Assembly: GCF_000020385.1 (NCBI RefSeq)
Contig: NC_010814.1
Coordinates: 780,001 to 812,000 of the forward strand
Source of the DNA: Trichlorobacter lovleyi SZ
Lineage (GTDB): Bacteria; Desulfobacterota; Desulfuromonadia; Geobacterales; Pseudopelobacteraceae
Direction of reading: 5' to 3'
Length of the DNA: 32,000 nucleotides
Shown one piece after another: positions 18,525-26,718 of this stretch (positions are counted from its first letter, which is position 1; each line of letters starts with the position of its first letter). The notes beneath the pieces are model-generated. The model had not been told where the DNA came from. It saw only the letters and a program-made list of their open reading frames with translations, and made no database searches. Position numbers and translations under genes: made by a program.

Positions 18525-19626
18525 TACAAAACCGCTTACCTACCTGATTGTCTGCTGCCGCTATATCGGCGATGTCCTGGTGACCACGCCGCTGGCGCTT
18601 TCCATCAAGACGGCGCAACCGGACGCGGTGGTGGATTATCTGGTGTTTGAGGGGACCGAGGGGATTCTTGCCAAGAATCCTCATGTTCGCACCGTTCACA
18701 CCATTCCCAATAAAAAGGCATCCATCGGAAAGCTGCTCTCGTTGCACCGGCAGTATGATGTGGCAATAGCCGCCTACCCTTCTGACCGGACCGTTATTGC
18801 TGCTGTCTTGGCCGGGAAAAGGTCATTTGGTCTCATTGATGGATGGAGGAAAGATTGGTGGAAAGCACTTTTACTTACGCATCATAATGTGGTTTACGAT
18901 CAGATTCACGTTGTTTCCAACATGCTTATGCCTCTGCGCATGCTGGGTATACATCCTGTACCCCGGGTGGTCGCTGGGTATGATGAGCATGATCTTGCTT
19001 TTGCCCGTTGCCGGATAGCTGCTCAGCGGTATGTCATACTTCACCCCTATAGTATGAAAGAATATAAATATTGGGCTGCCGAAAAATGGGCCGCCCTGTC
19101 TGATATGATTTGTGAACAGACCAACTGTACTGCTTTGTTTACGAGAATTCCTGATCCCATGGGTGATGCCTATCTGGAACAGATCAGAAGTTTTTCTTCT
19201 AAAAGAGTTGAAGATATTGGGGGGGTCTGTTCTTTTAGTCAGCTGGCTGCAATCATTAGTGAGTCAGCCGCTTTTGTTGGGGTTGATACGGCTGTAACAC
19301 ATCTTGCTGCAGCTGTTGATGCTCCAACGGTTGCCATTTTGGGACCTTCGTTAACCAGATATTGGGCTCCATGGCCAAACGGCTGTTTGAATCAGTCTGT
19401 TTATGCTGAAGGTAACGGTATACAACGGCACGGGTATGTTGCTGTGGTTCAGAAAGACTGGAGTTGCGTGCCTTGTAATCAGGATAGCTGTCGTATCTCT
19501 GAACGGAGCGCCATCGAATGCCTAGAACAACTATCAGTACAGGACGTGCTGCAGGTATTAACGACATTGTTACAAGCGGATGATGTTGGTGTAGCCCCTC
19601 TTGTCCAAGAGGGCAGGGTGATATGA
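18517..19626 (+). CDS. GT9-family glycosyltransferase (heptosyltransferase family), compositionally chimeric
   Basis: YLIVCCRYIGDVLVTTPLALSIKTAQPDAVVDYLV N-terminal GT9 pattern. C-terminal FVGVDTAVTHLAAAVDAPTVAILGPS. ATG at 18517 overlaps the upstream stop by 8 nt. GC drops sharply inside this gene at about 18.8 kb. Confidence 0.8.
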   Translation: MTSTKPLTYLIVCCRYIGDVLVTTPLALSIKTAQPDAVVDYLVFEGTEGILAKNPHVRTVHTIPNKKASIGKLLSLHRQYDVAIAAYPSDRTVIAAVLAGKRSFGLIDGWRKDWWKALLLTHHNVVYDQIHVVSNMLMPLRMLGIHPVPRVVAGYDEHDLAFARCRIAAQRYVILHPYSMKEYKYWAAEKWAALSDMICEQTNCTALFTRIPDPMGDAYLEQIRSFSSKRVEDIGGVCSFSQLAAIISESAAFVGVDTAVTHLAAAVDAPTVAILGPSLTRYWAPWPNGCLNQSVYAEGNGIQRHGYVAVVQKDWSCVPCNQDSCRISERSAIECLEQLSVQDVLQVLTTLLQADDVGVAPLVQEGRVI

Positions 19627-20513
19627 CTTTTCTCTGCAAAAATGCCGAATATTCTACAACACGCAGGCTCCTCGCTACAGAGCCGTTCAACCGAGTCCCC
19701 GGTGATGCTGCTGTAAAGGGAGGATTACGTTTTTTGGGGTTTGAGAAGGCCGGTACCGCTGGAAAGCCGCTGTTTAGCGTCATTATGGCGGTCTTTAACA
19801 GCTCTGCAGTGCTTGAACACGCCATACGAAGCGTCATCTATCAGGATTATGATAATGTCGAATTGATAATCATAGATGGCGGTTCCACCGATGGAAGTGT
19901 TGAGCTTATCAGGAAATATGACGAGTGTATTGATTATTGGGTAAGTGAACCGGATGATGGTATTTATTACGCACTGAATAAAGGTATTGAAGCGGCTAAA
20001 GGGGATTGGCTTTACTTTTTGGGGAGTGATGATGTAATGCTCAACTGTCTGCACCAGCTTGCATGCCGGTTTGTTGATCCGAATGGCGTGTATTATGGTG
20101 ATGTTTATTATCCTGCTCGACATAAACTGTTCGGAGGGGAGTTTTCTGCCTACAGAGTGATGAACTGTCAAATTCCCCATCAAGCTACGTTTTATCCCAA
20201 GCAGCTGTTTTTGCGATATAAATTTGATACCAGATACATTTCAGCTTCCGATTATGCTTTTAATATAGTCTGCTACAATGATAAGGATTTCAAATACCGT
20301 TATCTGCCGGTTCTGGTTGCCGTGTACGAGGATACTTCTGGTTTTAGTACGCAGGACCTTGATAAGCGCTTCCACGAAGAGAAGAATGACCTATTGCGAA
20401 AGTACTTCTCGCGCTCTGACTACCGTACGTACGCTATCCGGACATTCATAAAGGGTTTTGATCGCTATTTTGTGAGAAAAATCTTTAACTTGTTTAAGAA
20501 AAAGGCAGTGTAA
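19623..20513 (+). CDS. Family 2 glycosyltransferase (WcaE-like subgroup)
   Basis: FSVIMAVFNSSAVLEHAIRSVIYQDYDNVELIIIDGGSTDGSVELIRKY, SEPDDGIYYALNKGIEAAKGDWLYFLGSDD. The start is uncertain. ATG 19623 (ATGA overlap) gives an unusually long 55-aa leader. TTG 19734 lies 10 nt after a GGGAGG box and would give a family-typical length. Confidence 0.8.
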   Translation: MTFLCKNAEYSTTRRLLATEPFNRVPGDAAVKGGLRFLGFEKAGTAGKPLFSVIMAVFNSSAVLEHAIRSVIYQDYDNVELIIIDGGSTDGSVELIRKYDECIDYWVSEPDDGIYYALNKGIEAAKGDWLYFLGSDDVMLNCLHQLACRFVDPNGVYYGDVYYPARHKLFGGEFSAYRVMNCQIPHQATFYPKQLFLRYKFDTRYISASDYAFNIVCYNDKDFKYRYLPVLVAVYEDTSGFSTQDLDKRFHEEKNDLLRKYFSRSDYRTYAIRTFIKGFDRYFVRKIFNLFKKKAV

Positions 20514-20530
20514 CAGTACATTAAACTACC

Positions 20531-21460
20531 ATGAATATATTACTCTATCACTTTGGGTATCGCGGAGACATACTTGTTGTGGGACAGCACTTTACCCGAG
20601 AGCTGCTTACTCGCTACCCGCATGCCGATATAGACCTGATGGTGCGTCCAAGGATGGTTGAAGCCGGTGACTTCATGATGCCTTTGGGGGTGTACCGGGA
20701 TATACTTTGGGGAGAGAAAAAGGATTTCCATCTCTCCAAAGAGTCGTATGATCTTGCGTACATGATCGATGAAAATGTGTATCCTGAAGGAAATCTGAGA
20801 ACTCCATTCACTAAAGCAGGTTTCCCGTTCCGGCATCACAAATTGTCGTTAACAGTGATGCCGGAGGACAAAGCTCTGGCAACCCGTATTATTGCAGACC
20901 TCCCCCGTCCCATCATCGCTGTCCAGTCGGATATGTCAAGGAAATGGCCTGCTGAGCGATGTGCTGCACTTAATCAGCGACTTGCAGCTCTTGGCAGTTT
21001 GGTAACTCTCGGTCCAGATGAACGATATCCATCCTGTGAAAAACCACTTTCGTTTCTGCAGTCGGCAGCCCTTGCCGCCTCAGCTGACATATTCGTTGGA
21101 ATTGACTCGGGAATAGCCCACGCTGCGGCACTGATGGGGGTTCAAACGGTTTTGATTCCTCCCGTTTTTCCCGAATCCTGGATCTCGCCAACGGAATACG
21201 CCAATCCGTTTATTGCCGATGAAGCCTGCAGACATATTAGCATCCGTCCGCACCCTGAAGATTTTTGCGGGCATTATTTCTGCCTACGCCCAACGGCGCA
21301 AGGTGGTATCCAACCGCCGGGTGGTAACTCCTTATTGGTAAAATGTAGATGGAAAAAACGGTTCGGAATCTTCAAAGGGAACAGCTGTTTTAACAAAATC
21401 TCGGTGGACGCGTTATATGATGTGGTTGTCGCTGCCATGAAGAAACGCAGGCTGATCTGA
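20531..21460 (+). CDS. GT9-like glycosyltransferase (short heptosyltransferase-family member)
   Basis: N-terminal ILLYHFGYRGDILVVGQHFTRELLTRYPHADIDLMV and C-terminal IFVGIDSGIAHAAALMGVQTVLI match the two GT9 signature regions. At 309 aa it is shorter than canonical WaaC/WaaF. Confidence 0.6.
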   Translation: MNILLYHFGYRGDILVVGQHFTRELLTRYPHADIDLMVRPRMVEAGDFMMPLGVYRDILWGEKKDFHLSKESYDLAYMIDENVYPEGNLRTPFTKAGFPFRHHKLSLTVMPEDKALATRIIADLPRPIIAVQSDMSRKWPAERCAALNQRLAALGSLVTLGPDERYPSCEKPLSFLQSAALAASADIFVGIDSGIAHAAALMGVQTVLIPPVFPESWISPTEYANPFIADEACRHISIRPHPEDFCGHYFCLRPTAQGGIQPPGGNSLLVKCRWKKRFGIFKGNSCFNKISVDALYDVVVAAMKKRRLI

Positions 21461-21500
21461 GCCTCATTAGGTGTATACTGCGTAAAATATGAGGTCATGC

Positions 21501-22541
21501 ATGTCTAATGTGAAAATCATAGTTATCACGCTGGTAAAGGATGAGGCCTGGATGCTTGACAGGTTTCTTGCCACTTGCAGTGTGTTTGCCGACCACATTA
21601 TCGTGTCGGACGAGAGTACGGGGCTCGACAGCAGTCTCGAAATTTATAAAAAATATCCGAAAGTGACGCTGCACCACAACTCAGGAGCGCCCGTACGGGG
21701 AGACATCCGAAGAAAATTCGTCTTCGACGAGGCCCGCAAGATCTCCTGCGACAAGCGGATCATTATCGCGATAGACTCGGACGAGATTCTTTCCGCCAAT
21801 CTGCTGCACAGTCCGGAATGGCAGACTGTCCTTGCCGCGGAGCCGGGCACCCTCTTTCATCTGCAGTGGGTGAGTTTATGGAAGAATTGCAATTATTACC
21901 GGGTTGAAGCCAAGTATCAATTCGGCGGCTATAACCGGCAAATTTGGATAGACGACGGCGTTTCCGAAATCCCTGCCATCGGATATCAGGAAATGCATAT
22001 GGCATACAATCCCCTCCATGCCAGAACGCACGTATACCTCAACGAGATTGTTTGTTTGCACTATCAGTATTGCAATTGGGAGCGAATGGAGTCAAAGCAC
22101 CGCTACTATCGTGCCCATGAGAAGGCTGATATCGGGAAACTTTCAGACATAGCAATTTATCGGATATACGGCCATGCACATTCACGAAAGATTGAAGTCA
22201 AACCCTCGCTTTCTTGTTGGTTTGATGGTTGGATCTCCAGGGGGATTGACATGACAAGTACAGCGCGTGATGAGCTCACTCACTTTGATATAAGTGTGTT
22301 GAGACTATTTGAATCTCATGGGGCGGGCTTCTTTCTTAACCAGGATTTATGGAAGGTTGATTGGGAGTACCTTACAAATCGCGCCAAGGAGCTTGGATTG
22401 TTATCCGCTGATTTTAAGTATACACGGCCTCCAAAGACGATCCGAAGCAGATTGTTTCACGCGTACATGAAAACGGCTTTTGATGTTAAAATTTTGAAAT
22501 CAGTTGAAAAAAGATTATTTCCAAAAGGTCGTGTATATTAA
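21501..22541 (+). CDS. Putative GT-A fold glycosyltransferase (family 2-like), otherwise uncharacterised
   Basis: VKIIVITLVKDEAWMLDRFLATCSVFADHIIVSDESTG and the DxD-type motif IIAIDSDEIL. ATG 21501 has GAGG 6 nt upstream, so it was preferred over ATG 21489. Confidence 0.5.
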   Translation: MSNVKIIVITLVKDEAWMLDRFLATCSVFADHIIVSDESTGLDSSLEIYKKYPKVTLHHNSGAPVRGDIRRKFVFDEARKISCDKRIIIAIDSDEILSANLLHSPEWQTVLAAEPGTLFHLQWVSLWKNCNYYRVEAKYQFGGYNRQIWIDDGVSEIPAIGYQEMHMAYNPLHARTHVYLNEIVCLHYQYCNWERMESKHRYYRAHEKADIGKLSDIAIYRIYGHAHSRKIEVKPSLSCWFDGWISRGIDMTSTARDELTHFDISVLRLFESHGAGFFLNQDLWKVDWEYLTNRAKELGLLSADFKYTRPPKTIRSRLFHAYMKTAFDVKILKSVEKRLFPKGRVY

Positions 22542-22577
22542 TTTAACCAGTTACTTCCTTCTCTTTGTGGAGAAATC

Positions 22578-23351
22578 ATGAAAGTAGTCATTCTTGCCGG
22601 CGGTTTTGGCACACGTATTAGCGAAGAGTCCCATCTGAAACCAAAACCGATGATTGAAATCGGAGAACGGCCGATACTTTGGCATATCATGAAGACTTAT
22701 TCCCACTATGGATTTAACGATTTTATCATATGCTTGGGCTACAAGGGGTACTGCATTAAGGAGTACTTTGCTCATTATTTCCTTCATGAGTCCGATGTCA
22801 CCTTTGATTTTACCAATGAGAATCAAAGAATAATACACAACCATTCTGCAGAACCGTGGCGTGTCACTCTGGTGAATACTGGCATTGAAACCATGACCGG
22901 TGGTCGGGTTAAGAGAATCAGCAGATATATCGGCGATGAGCCGTTTATGCTCACCTATGGCGATGGTGTTGCAGATATAAGTATTGATAATTTGGTGGAA
23001 TATCATAAAAAGCACGGTAAGCTTGCTACGGTTAGCTCTATTCAGCCAGCCGGACGTTTTGGAGCCCTCGATCTTGATGCGGATAACCTGATCCATGGAT
23101 TCAAGGAAAAGCCCAAAGGTGATGGAGCCTGGATTAATGGTGGTTTTTTCGTGATGCAGCCGGAAGTGTTCAGGTATATCGACGGGGACACTACTGTTCT
23201 GGAGAGGGAACCGCTTGAGAGATTAGCACACGATGGACAGTTAGTGGCTTACAAGCATACTGGTTTCTGGCAACCGATGGATTCAATGCGGGATAAAAAT
23301 CAGCTTGAAGAACTATGGAAAACCGGGTCTGCCCCCTGGAAGGTGTGGTAA
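22578..23351 (+). CDS. rfbF: Glucose-1-phosphate cytidylyltransferase
   Basis: MKVVILAGGFGTRISEESHLKPKPMIEIGERPILWHIMKTYSHYGFNDFIICLGYKGY, LTYGDGVADI and FWQPMDSMRDK are near-canonical RfbF/DdhA motifs. GGAGA precedes the ATG. Confidence 0.95.
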   Translation: MKVVILAGGFGTRISEESHLKPKPMIEIGERPILWHIMKTYSHYGFNDFIICLGYKGYCIKEYFAHYFLHESDVTFDFTNENQRIIHNHSAEPWRVTLVNTGIETMTGGRVKRISRYIGDEPFMLTYGDGVADISIDNLVEYHKKHGKLATVSSIQPAGRFGALDLDADNLIHGFKEKPKGDGAWINGGFFVMQPEVFRYIDGDTTVLEREPLERLAHDGQLVAYKHTGFWQPMDSMRDKNQLEELWKTGSAPWKVW

Positions 23352-24424
23352 TGGGGTTCTGGCAAAACAAGAAAGTCTTTGTCACCGGTCATACCGGATT
23401 CAAAGGAAGTTGGCTGACTCTTTGGCTGCTCAAGCTTGGTGCCGAGGTGCATGGTTATGCTCTGGAACCGCCAACCGAGCCGAGTCTCTTCAACCTGTTG
23501 GGCCTCAACTCTCCCTCCCCACAACTTTCCAGTCAGATTGCCGATATCCGAGATAGCTCCGCTCTTGCAACTGCTATACAGCAAGCCCAGCCGGAAATTG
23601 TCATTCATATGGCAGCTCAACCGTTGGTACGAGATTCGTACCTTATTCCTGTAGACACTTATGCTATTAACATCATGGGCACAGTTAATATGCTTGAGGC
23701 GATTCGCCACTGTCCAAGCGTCAGGGCGGTGGTCAATGTTACTACTGACAAGTGTTACGAAAATAGGGAATGGGTCTGGGGATATCGCGAAGACGAGCCG
23801 ATGGGGGGATTTGATCCCTACTCCAGCAGTAAAGGGTGTTCAGAGCTGGTCACTGCAGCATACCGGCAATCATATTTTAACTCCCGACAACCCACGCAGC
23901 ATGGAGTAGCGTTGGCCTCCGCCAGAGCGGGTAATGTGATTGGGGGCGGTGATTGGGCAGCCGACCGACTGGTTCCTGATATTGTCCGGGCTTTGTTGAA
24001 TAAGGAACCGGTTAGCATTCGCAATCCCCTTGCTGTTCGCCCCTGGCAACATGTTCTTGAACCACTTTCCGGCTATTTATGTCTGGCACGGCACCTATAT
24101 GAGCATGGAACTGCCTTTGCTGAGGGCTGGAACTTCGGACCAGCGGATGAAGATGCCAAGCCGGTCGCCTGGATTGTCGATCATCTCTGCAAGCTTTGGG
24201 GCAATTCAGCCTCATATACAATCGTTAGTGGTGATCACCCCCATGAAGCTCAGTATCTGAAACTGGATTGCTCCAAAGCAAAGATGCGTCTGGGCTGGAA
24301 ACCGCGATGGAATCTGGAAACTGCGCTGGAACAGGTTGTTACATGGACAAAGGCATATAGCAAAAAGGAGTCGATACGCACCATATGTCTGAACCAAATA
24401 GCGAGTTACGAGGCTCAAGCGTAA
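23351..24424 (+). CDS. rfbG: CDP-glucose 4,6-dehydratase
   Basis: FWQNKKVFVTGHTGFKGSWLTLWLLKLGAEVHGY, TTDKCYEN, DPYSSSKGCSE (YxxxK), RAGNVIGGGDW. TAATG junction with rfbF at 23351. The ORF-track start at 23315 overlaps rfbF. Confidence 0.94.
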   Translation: MGFWQNKKVFVTGHTGFKGSWLTLWLLKLGAEVHGYALEPPTEPSLFNLLGLNSPSPQLSSQIADIRDSSALATAIQQAQPEIVIHMAAQPLVRDSYLIPVDTYAINIMGTVNMLEAIRHCPSVRAVVNVTTDKCYENREWVWGYREDEPMGGFDPYSSSKGCSELVTAAYRQSYFNSRQPTQHGVALASARAGNVIGGGDWAADRLVPDIVRALLNKEPVSIRNPLAVRPWQHVLEPLSGYLCLARHLYEHGTAFAEGWNFGPADEDAKPVAWIVDHLCKLWGNSASYTIVSGDHPHEAQYLKLDCSKAKMRLGWKPRWNLETALEQVVTWTKAYSKKESIRTICLNQIASYEAQA

Positions 24425-24444
24425 TTCGAATTGAGGAGTATGTT

Positions 24445-25785
24445 TTGAGTACAGACCAGAAAGAACTGCTACGACAGCGCGTGGTGAAAGCCGCATGTGA
24501 ATATTATCAGCATGCTCACGTTCACCATAAAGAATTTGAACCTGGGGACCGCATTCCATACGCAGGCAGAATTTTTGATGATGCGGAAATAAGTGCCTTG
24601 ATCGATTCGTCCCTTGAGTTCTGGCTCACTAGCGGTCGATATGCGGAAAAATTCGAAAAAGAGTTTGCTGATTATATCGGCGTGCAGCATTGCTCACTGA
24701 CCAACTCGGGTTCGTCGGCCAATTTACTGGCTTTTATGGCCCTTACTTCTCCAAAACTTGGAGAGCGCAGGATACATAGGGGGGATGAGGTCATCACTGT
24801 AGCTGCAGGCTTCCCTACAACAGTTGCGCCTATCATCCAGTACGGCGCAGTGCCGGTTTTCGTAGATGTCTGTCTGCCCACTTACAATATTGATGTCACC
24901 CGGCTTGATGCCGCCCTTTCTGATAAAACCAAGGCGGTCATGGTTGCCCATACTCTTGGCAATCCCTTTGACATCACCGCAGTGAAGGCGTTTTGCGACA
25001 AGCACAACCTGTGGCTTATAGAAGACAACTGTGATGCCCTTGGGTCACGCTATTTATTTAGAGGTCAATGGTGCTATACCGGCACGATCGGGCATATCGG
25101 CACCTCTAGTTTCTACCCGCCTCACCACATGACTATGGGGGAGGGGGGCGCGGTTTATACCAATGATCCCTTGATAAAGCGCCTGATCGAATCGTTTCGT
25201 GACTGGGGACGTGACTGTTGGTGCCCGTCAGGACGGGACAACACCTGCAGTAACCGCTTTGGTCAGCAGTTTGGTGAACTGCCGTTTGGGTACGACCATA
25301 AGTATGTCTACTCCCACTTCGGCTATAATCTGAAGGTGACTGATATGCAGGCTGCCATTGGCTGTGCTCAACTACAAAAACTGCCCGGTTTTGTTGAAGC
25401 ACGCAAACGAAACTGGCAGATGCTGCGAGATGGACTGGCAGATCTGCAGGATCAACTTATTTTGCCAGAGGCGGCTGAAAACAGCGACCCTTCCTGGTTT
25501 GGGTTCCTGCTGACTGTACGTAGGGAATCAGGATTTACACGGGATAGATTGGTTGCCCAGCTTGAATTGCACGGCATTCAAACCCGTATGCTCTTTGCCG
25601 GTAATCTGACCAAGCACCCTTGCTTTGATGAGATGCGAAAAAGCGGTGAAGGGTATCGAGTGGCGGATGATCTTTCTGTAACTGACCAGATTATGCGTGA
25701 TACTTTCTGGGTAGGGGTGTATCCGGGGATGACGGAGCCAATGATTGAGCATATGATCAGTGTTATGAGGCAGCAGTTGAGGTGA
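24445..25785 (+). CDS. rfbH: CDP-4-keto-6-deoxy-D-glucose 3-dehydrase (E1; RfbH/DdhC/AscC type, PMP and Fe-S dependent)
   Basis: By-eye alignment to Salmonella RfbH over the whole length: LTNSGSSANLLAFMALTSPKLGERR, GDEVITVAAGFPTTVAP, SFYPPHHMTMGEGGAV (His replaces the aminotransferase Lys), DWGRDCWCPSGRDNTCSNRFGQQFG (Fe-S cysteines), YNLKVTDMQAA, DPSWFGF. TTG 24445 lies 6 nt after GAGGAG and is preferred. The ORF-track ATG at 24385 overlaps rfbG by 40 nt. Confidence 0.9.
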   Translation: MSTDQKELLRQRVVKAACEYYQHAHVHHKEFEPGDRIPYAGRIFDDAEISALIDSSLEFWLTSGRYAEKFEKEFADYIGVQHCSLTNSGSSANLLAFMALTSPKLGERRIHRGDEVITVAAGFPTTVAPIIQYGAVPVFVDVCLPTYNIDVTRLDAALSDKTKAVMVAHTLGNPFDITAVKAFCDKHNLWLIEDNCDALGSRYLFRGQWCYTGTIGHIGTSSFYPPHHMTMGEGGAVYTNDPLIKRLIESFRDWGRDCWCPSGRDNTCSNRFGQQFGELPFGYDHKYVYSHFGYNLKVTDMQAAIGCAQLQKLPGFVEARKRNWQMLRDGLADLQDQLILPEAAENSDPSWFGFLLTVRRESGFTRDRLVAQLELHGIQTRMLFAGNLTKHPCFDEMRKSGEGYRVADDLSVTDQIMRDTFWVGVYPGMTEPMIEHMISVMRQQLR

Positions 25786-25786
25786 T

Positions 25787-26665
25787 ATGAATATTTTTTT
25801 AACGGGTGGTAGCGGCTTTATTGGAAAAAATATTATCGAGACGCTAGGCGGTACATACAATATAATTGCCCCGTCAAGTAAGGAACTCGACCTGACGGAT
25901 GAACAGGCTGTTCAAACGTTCTTCCGTGTGAATTCAATTGATATTGTCATTCACGGCGCTGTCAAGCCAGGGCACCGTAATGCTAAAGACCCGTCCAATC
26001 AGCTGTATGTAAATACGCGGATGTATTTTAATATCGTTCGGAATGCAGGAAGATTCCAACGCCTGATTTTTCTTGGGTCGGGGGCTGTGTACGACGTCAG
26101 TCAATCAATAGCAAAAGTGGATGAAGATACCTTTGACACCCATGTGCCGGCAGACGAACATGGCTTTTCGAAATATATTATTGCCAAACATATAAAACAC
26201 CTGAATGATGCTGTCGCGTTGAATATTTTTGGTATATTTGGAAAATATGAGGATTACGCGATCCGATTCATATCCAATGCCATTTGCAAGGCCCTTTTTG
26301 ATCTCCCTATTACCATCAGGCAAAACCGGCTATTTGATTATCTCTATATTGATGATCTTATGCCGGTATTAGAGCATTTCATTCATAACAAACCCCTATC
26401 CTCCACTTACAATGTAACACCAGAGTCTTCAGTTGAGCTGACAACCGTTGCAGAACTGGTTAGAGCCCGTTCTGGGAAAGATCTGCCCATCGTGGTTGCC
26501 ACCCATGGGCTTGGTTTGGAATACAGCGGCAGCAATGCAAGGCTTTGCTCTGATCTTCCTCAAATGGCGTTTACGCCGCTTGTCGCAGCAATAGACTCCT
26601 TGTACTCGTGGTACGAACAACAAAAAGACAGCATTAACCGTGATGCACTTTTAACTGACAAATAG
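25787..26665 (+). CDS. Extended-SDR NAD(P)-dependent sugar-nucleotide reductase, GDP-fucose-synthase (Fcl)-like; candidate 4-keto or branch-keto reductase (YerF-like role)
   Basis: IFLTGGSGFIGKNI Rossmann motif. KELDLTDEQAVQTFFRVNSIDIVIHGAVKPG parallels Fcl ([31 protein letters not shown]). LIFLGSGAVY parallels LLFLGSSCIY. Catalytic YxxxK is in SKYIIAKH, and there is a YLYIDDL motif. Sits between rfbH and the ThDP enzyme. Confidence 0.7.
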   Translation: MNIFLTGGSGFIGKNIIETLGGTYNIIAPSSKELDLTDEQAVQTFFRVNSIDIVIHGAVKPGHRNAKDPSNQLYVNTRMYFNIVRNAGRFQRLIFLGSGAVYDVSQSIAKVDEDTFDTHVPADEHGFSKYIIAKHIKHLNDAVALNIFGIFGKYEDYAIRFISNAICKALFDLPITIRQNRLFDYLYIDDLMPVLEHFIHNKPLSSTYNVTPESSVELTTVAELVRARSGKDLPIVVATHGLGLEYSGSNARLCSDLPQMAFTPLVAAIDSLYSWYEQQKDSINRDALLTDK

Positions 26666-26718
26666 TCACTGATAACACAGTGGTAGTGTCCGGGAAACAT
26701 TCAGCGAGGTTTGCATGT

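Noticed and set aside
18700-19000. Looked for a tRNA, integrase, IS element or direct repeats at the GC breakpoint, which would indicate a classical genomic island
   Set aside because: None is present. The junction lies inside an intact ORF, so I interpret it as homologous-recombination replacement rather than site-specific integration.
19219-19225. Other homopolymers: G7 in the chimeric GT9 gene (19219-19225), A8 in the ThDP enzyme gene (27967-27974), T7 at 25794-25800 and 30957-30963
   Set aside because: These are shorter than tracts usually associated with high-frequency slippage. A and T runs are expected by chance in AT-rich genes. Noted but not proposed as switches.
21461-21500. Possible internal promoter (TATACT at 21474-21479) and a CTCAT...ATGAG inverted repeat in the 40-nt spacer
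   Set aside because: The -10-like hexamer has no convincing -35 at 16-18 nt spacing (best is CTGATC, 3/6). The inverted repeat has a 5-bp stem with a ~21-nt loop and no T-run. Too weak to call a promoter or terminator.
22551-23096. 181-aa minus-strand ORF opposite rfbF
   Set aside because: Antisense to a near-canonical glucose-1-phosphate cytidylyltransferase, with no independent support.
26666-26718. Small hairpin CACTG-ataaca-CAGTG just after the stop of the Fcl-like gene
   Set aside because: The stem is only 5 bp and AT/GC-mixed, with no downstream U-tract. It is not a credible intrinsic terminator.
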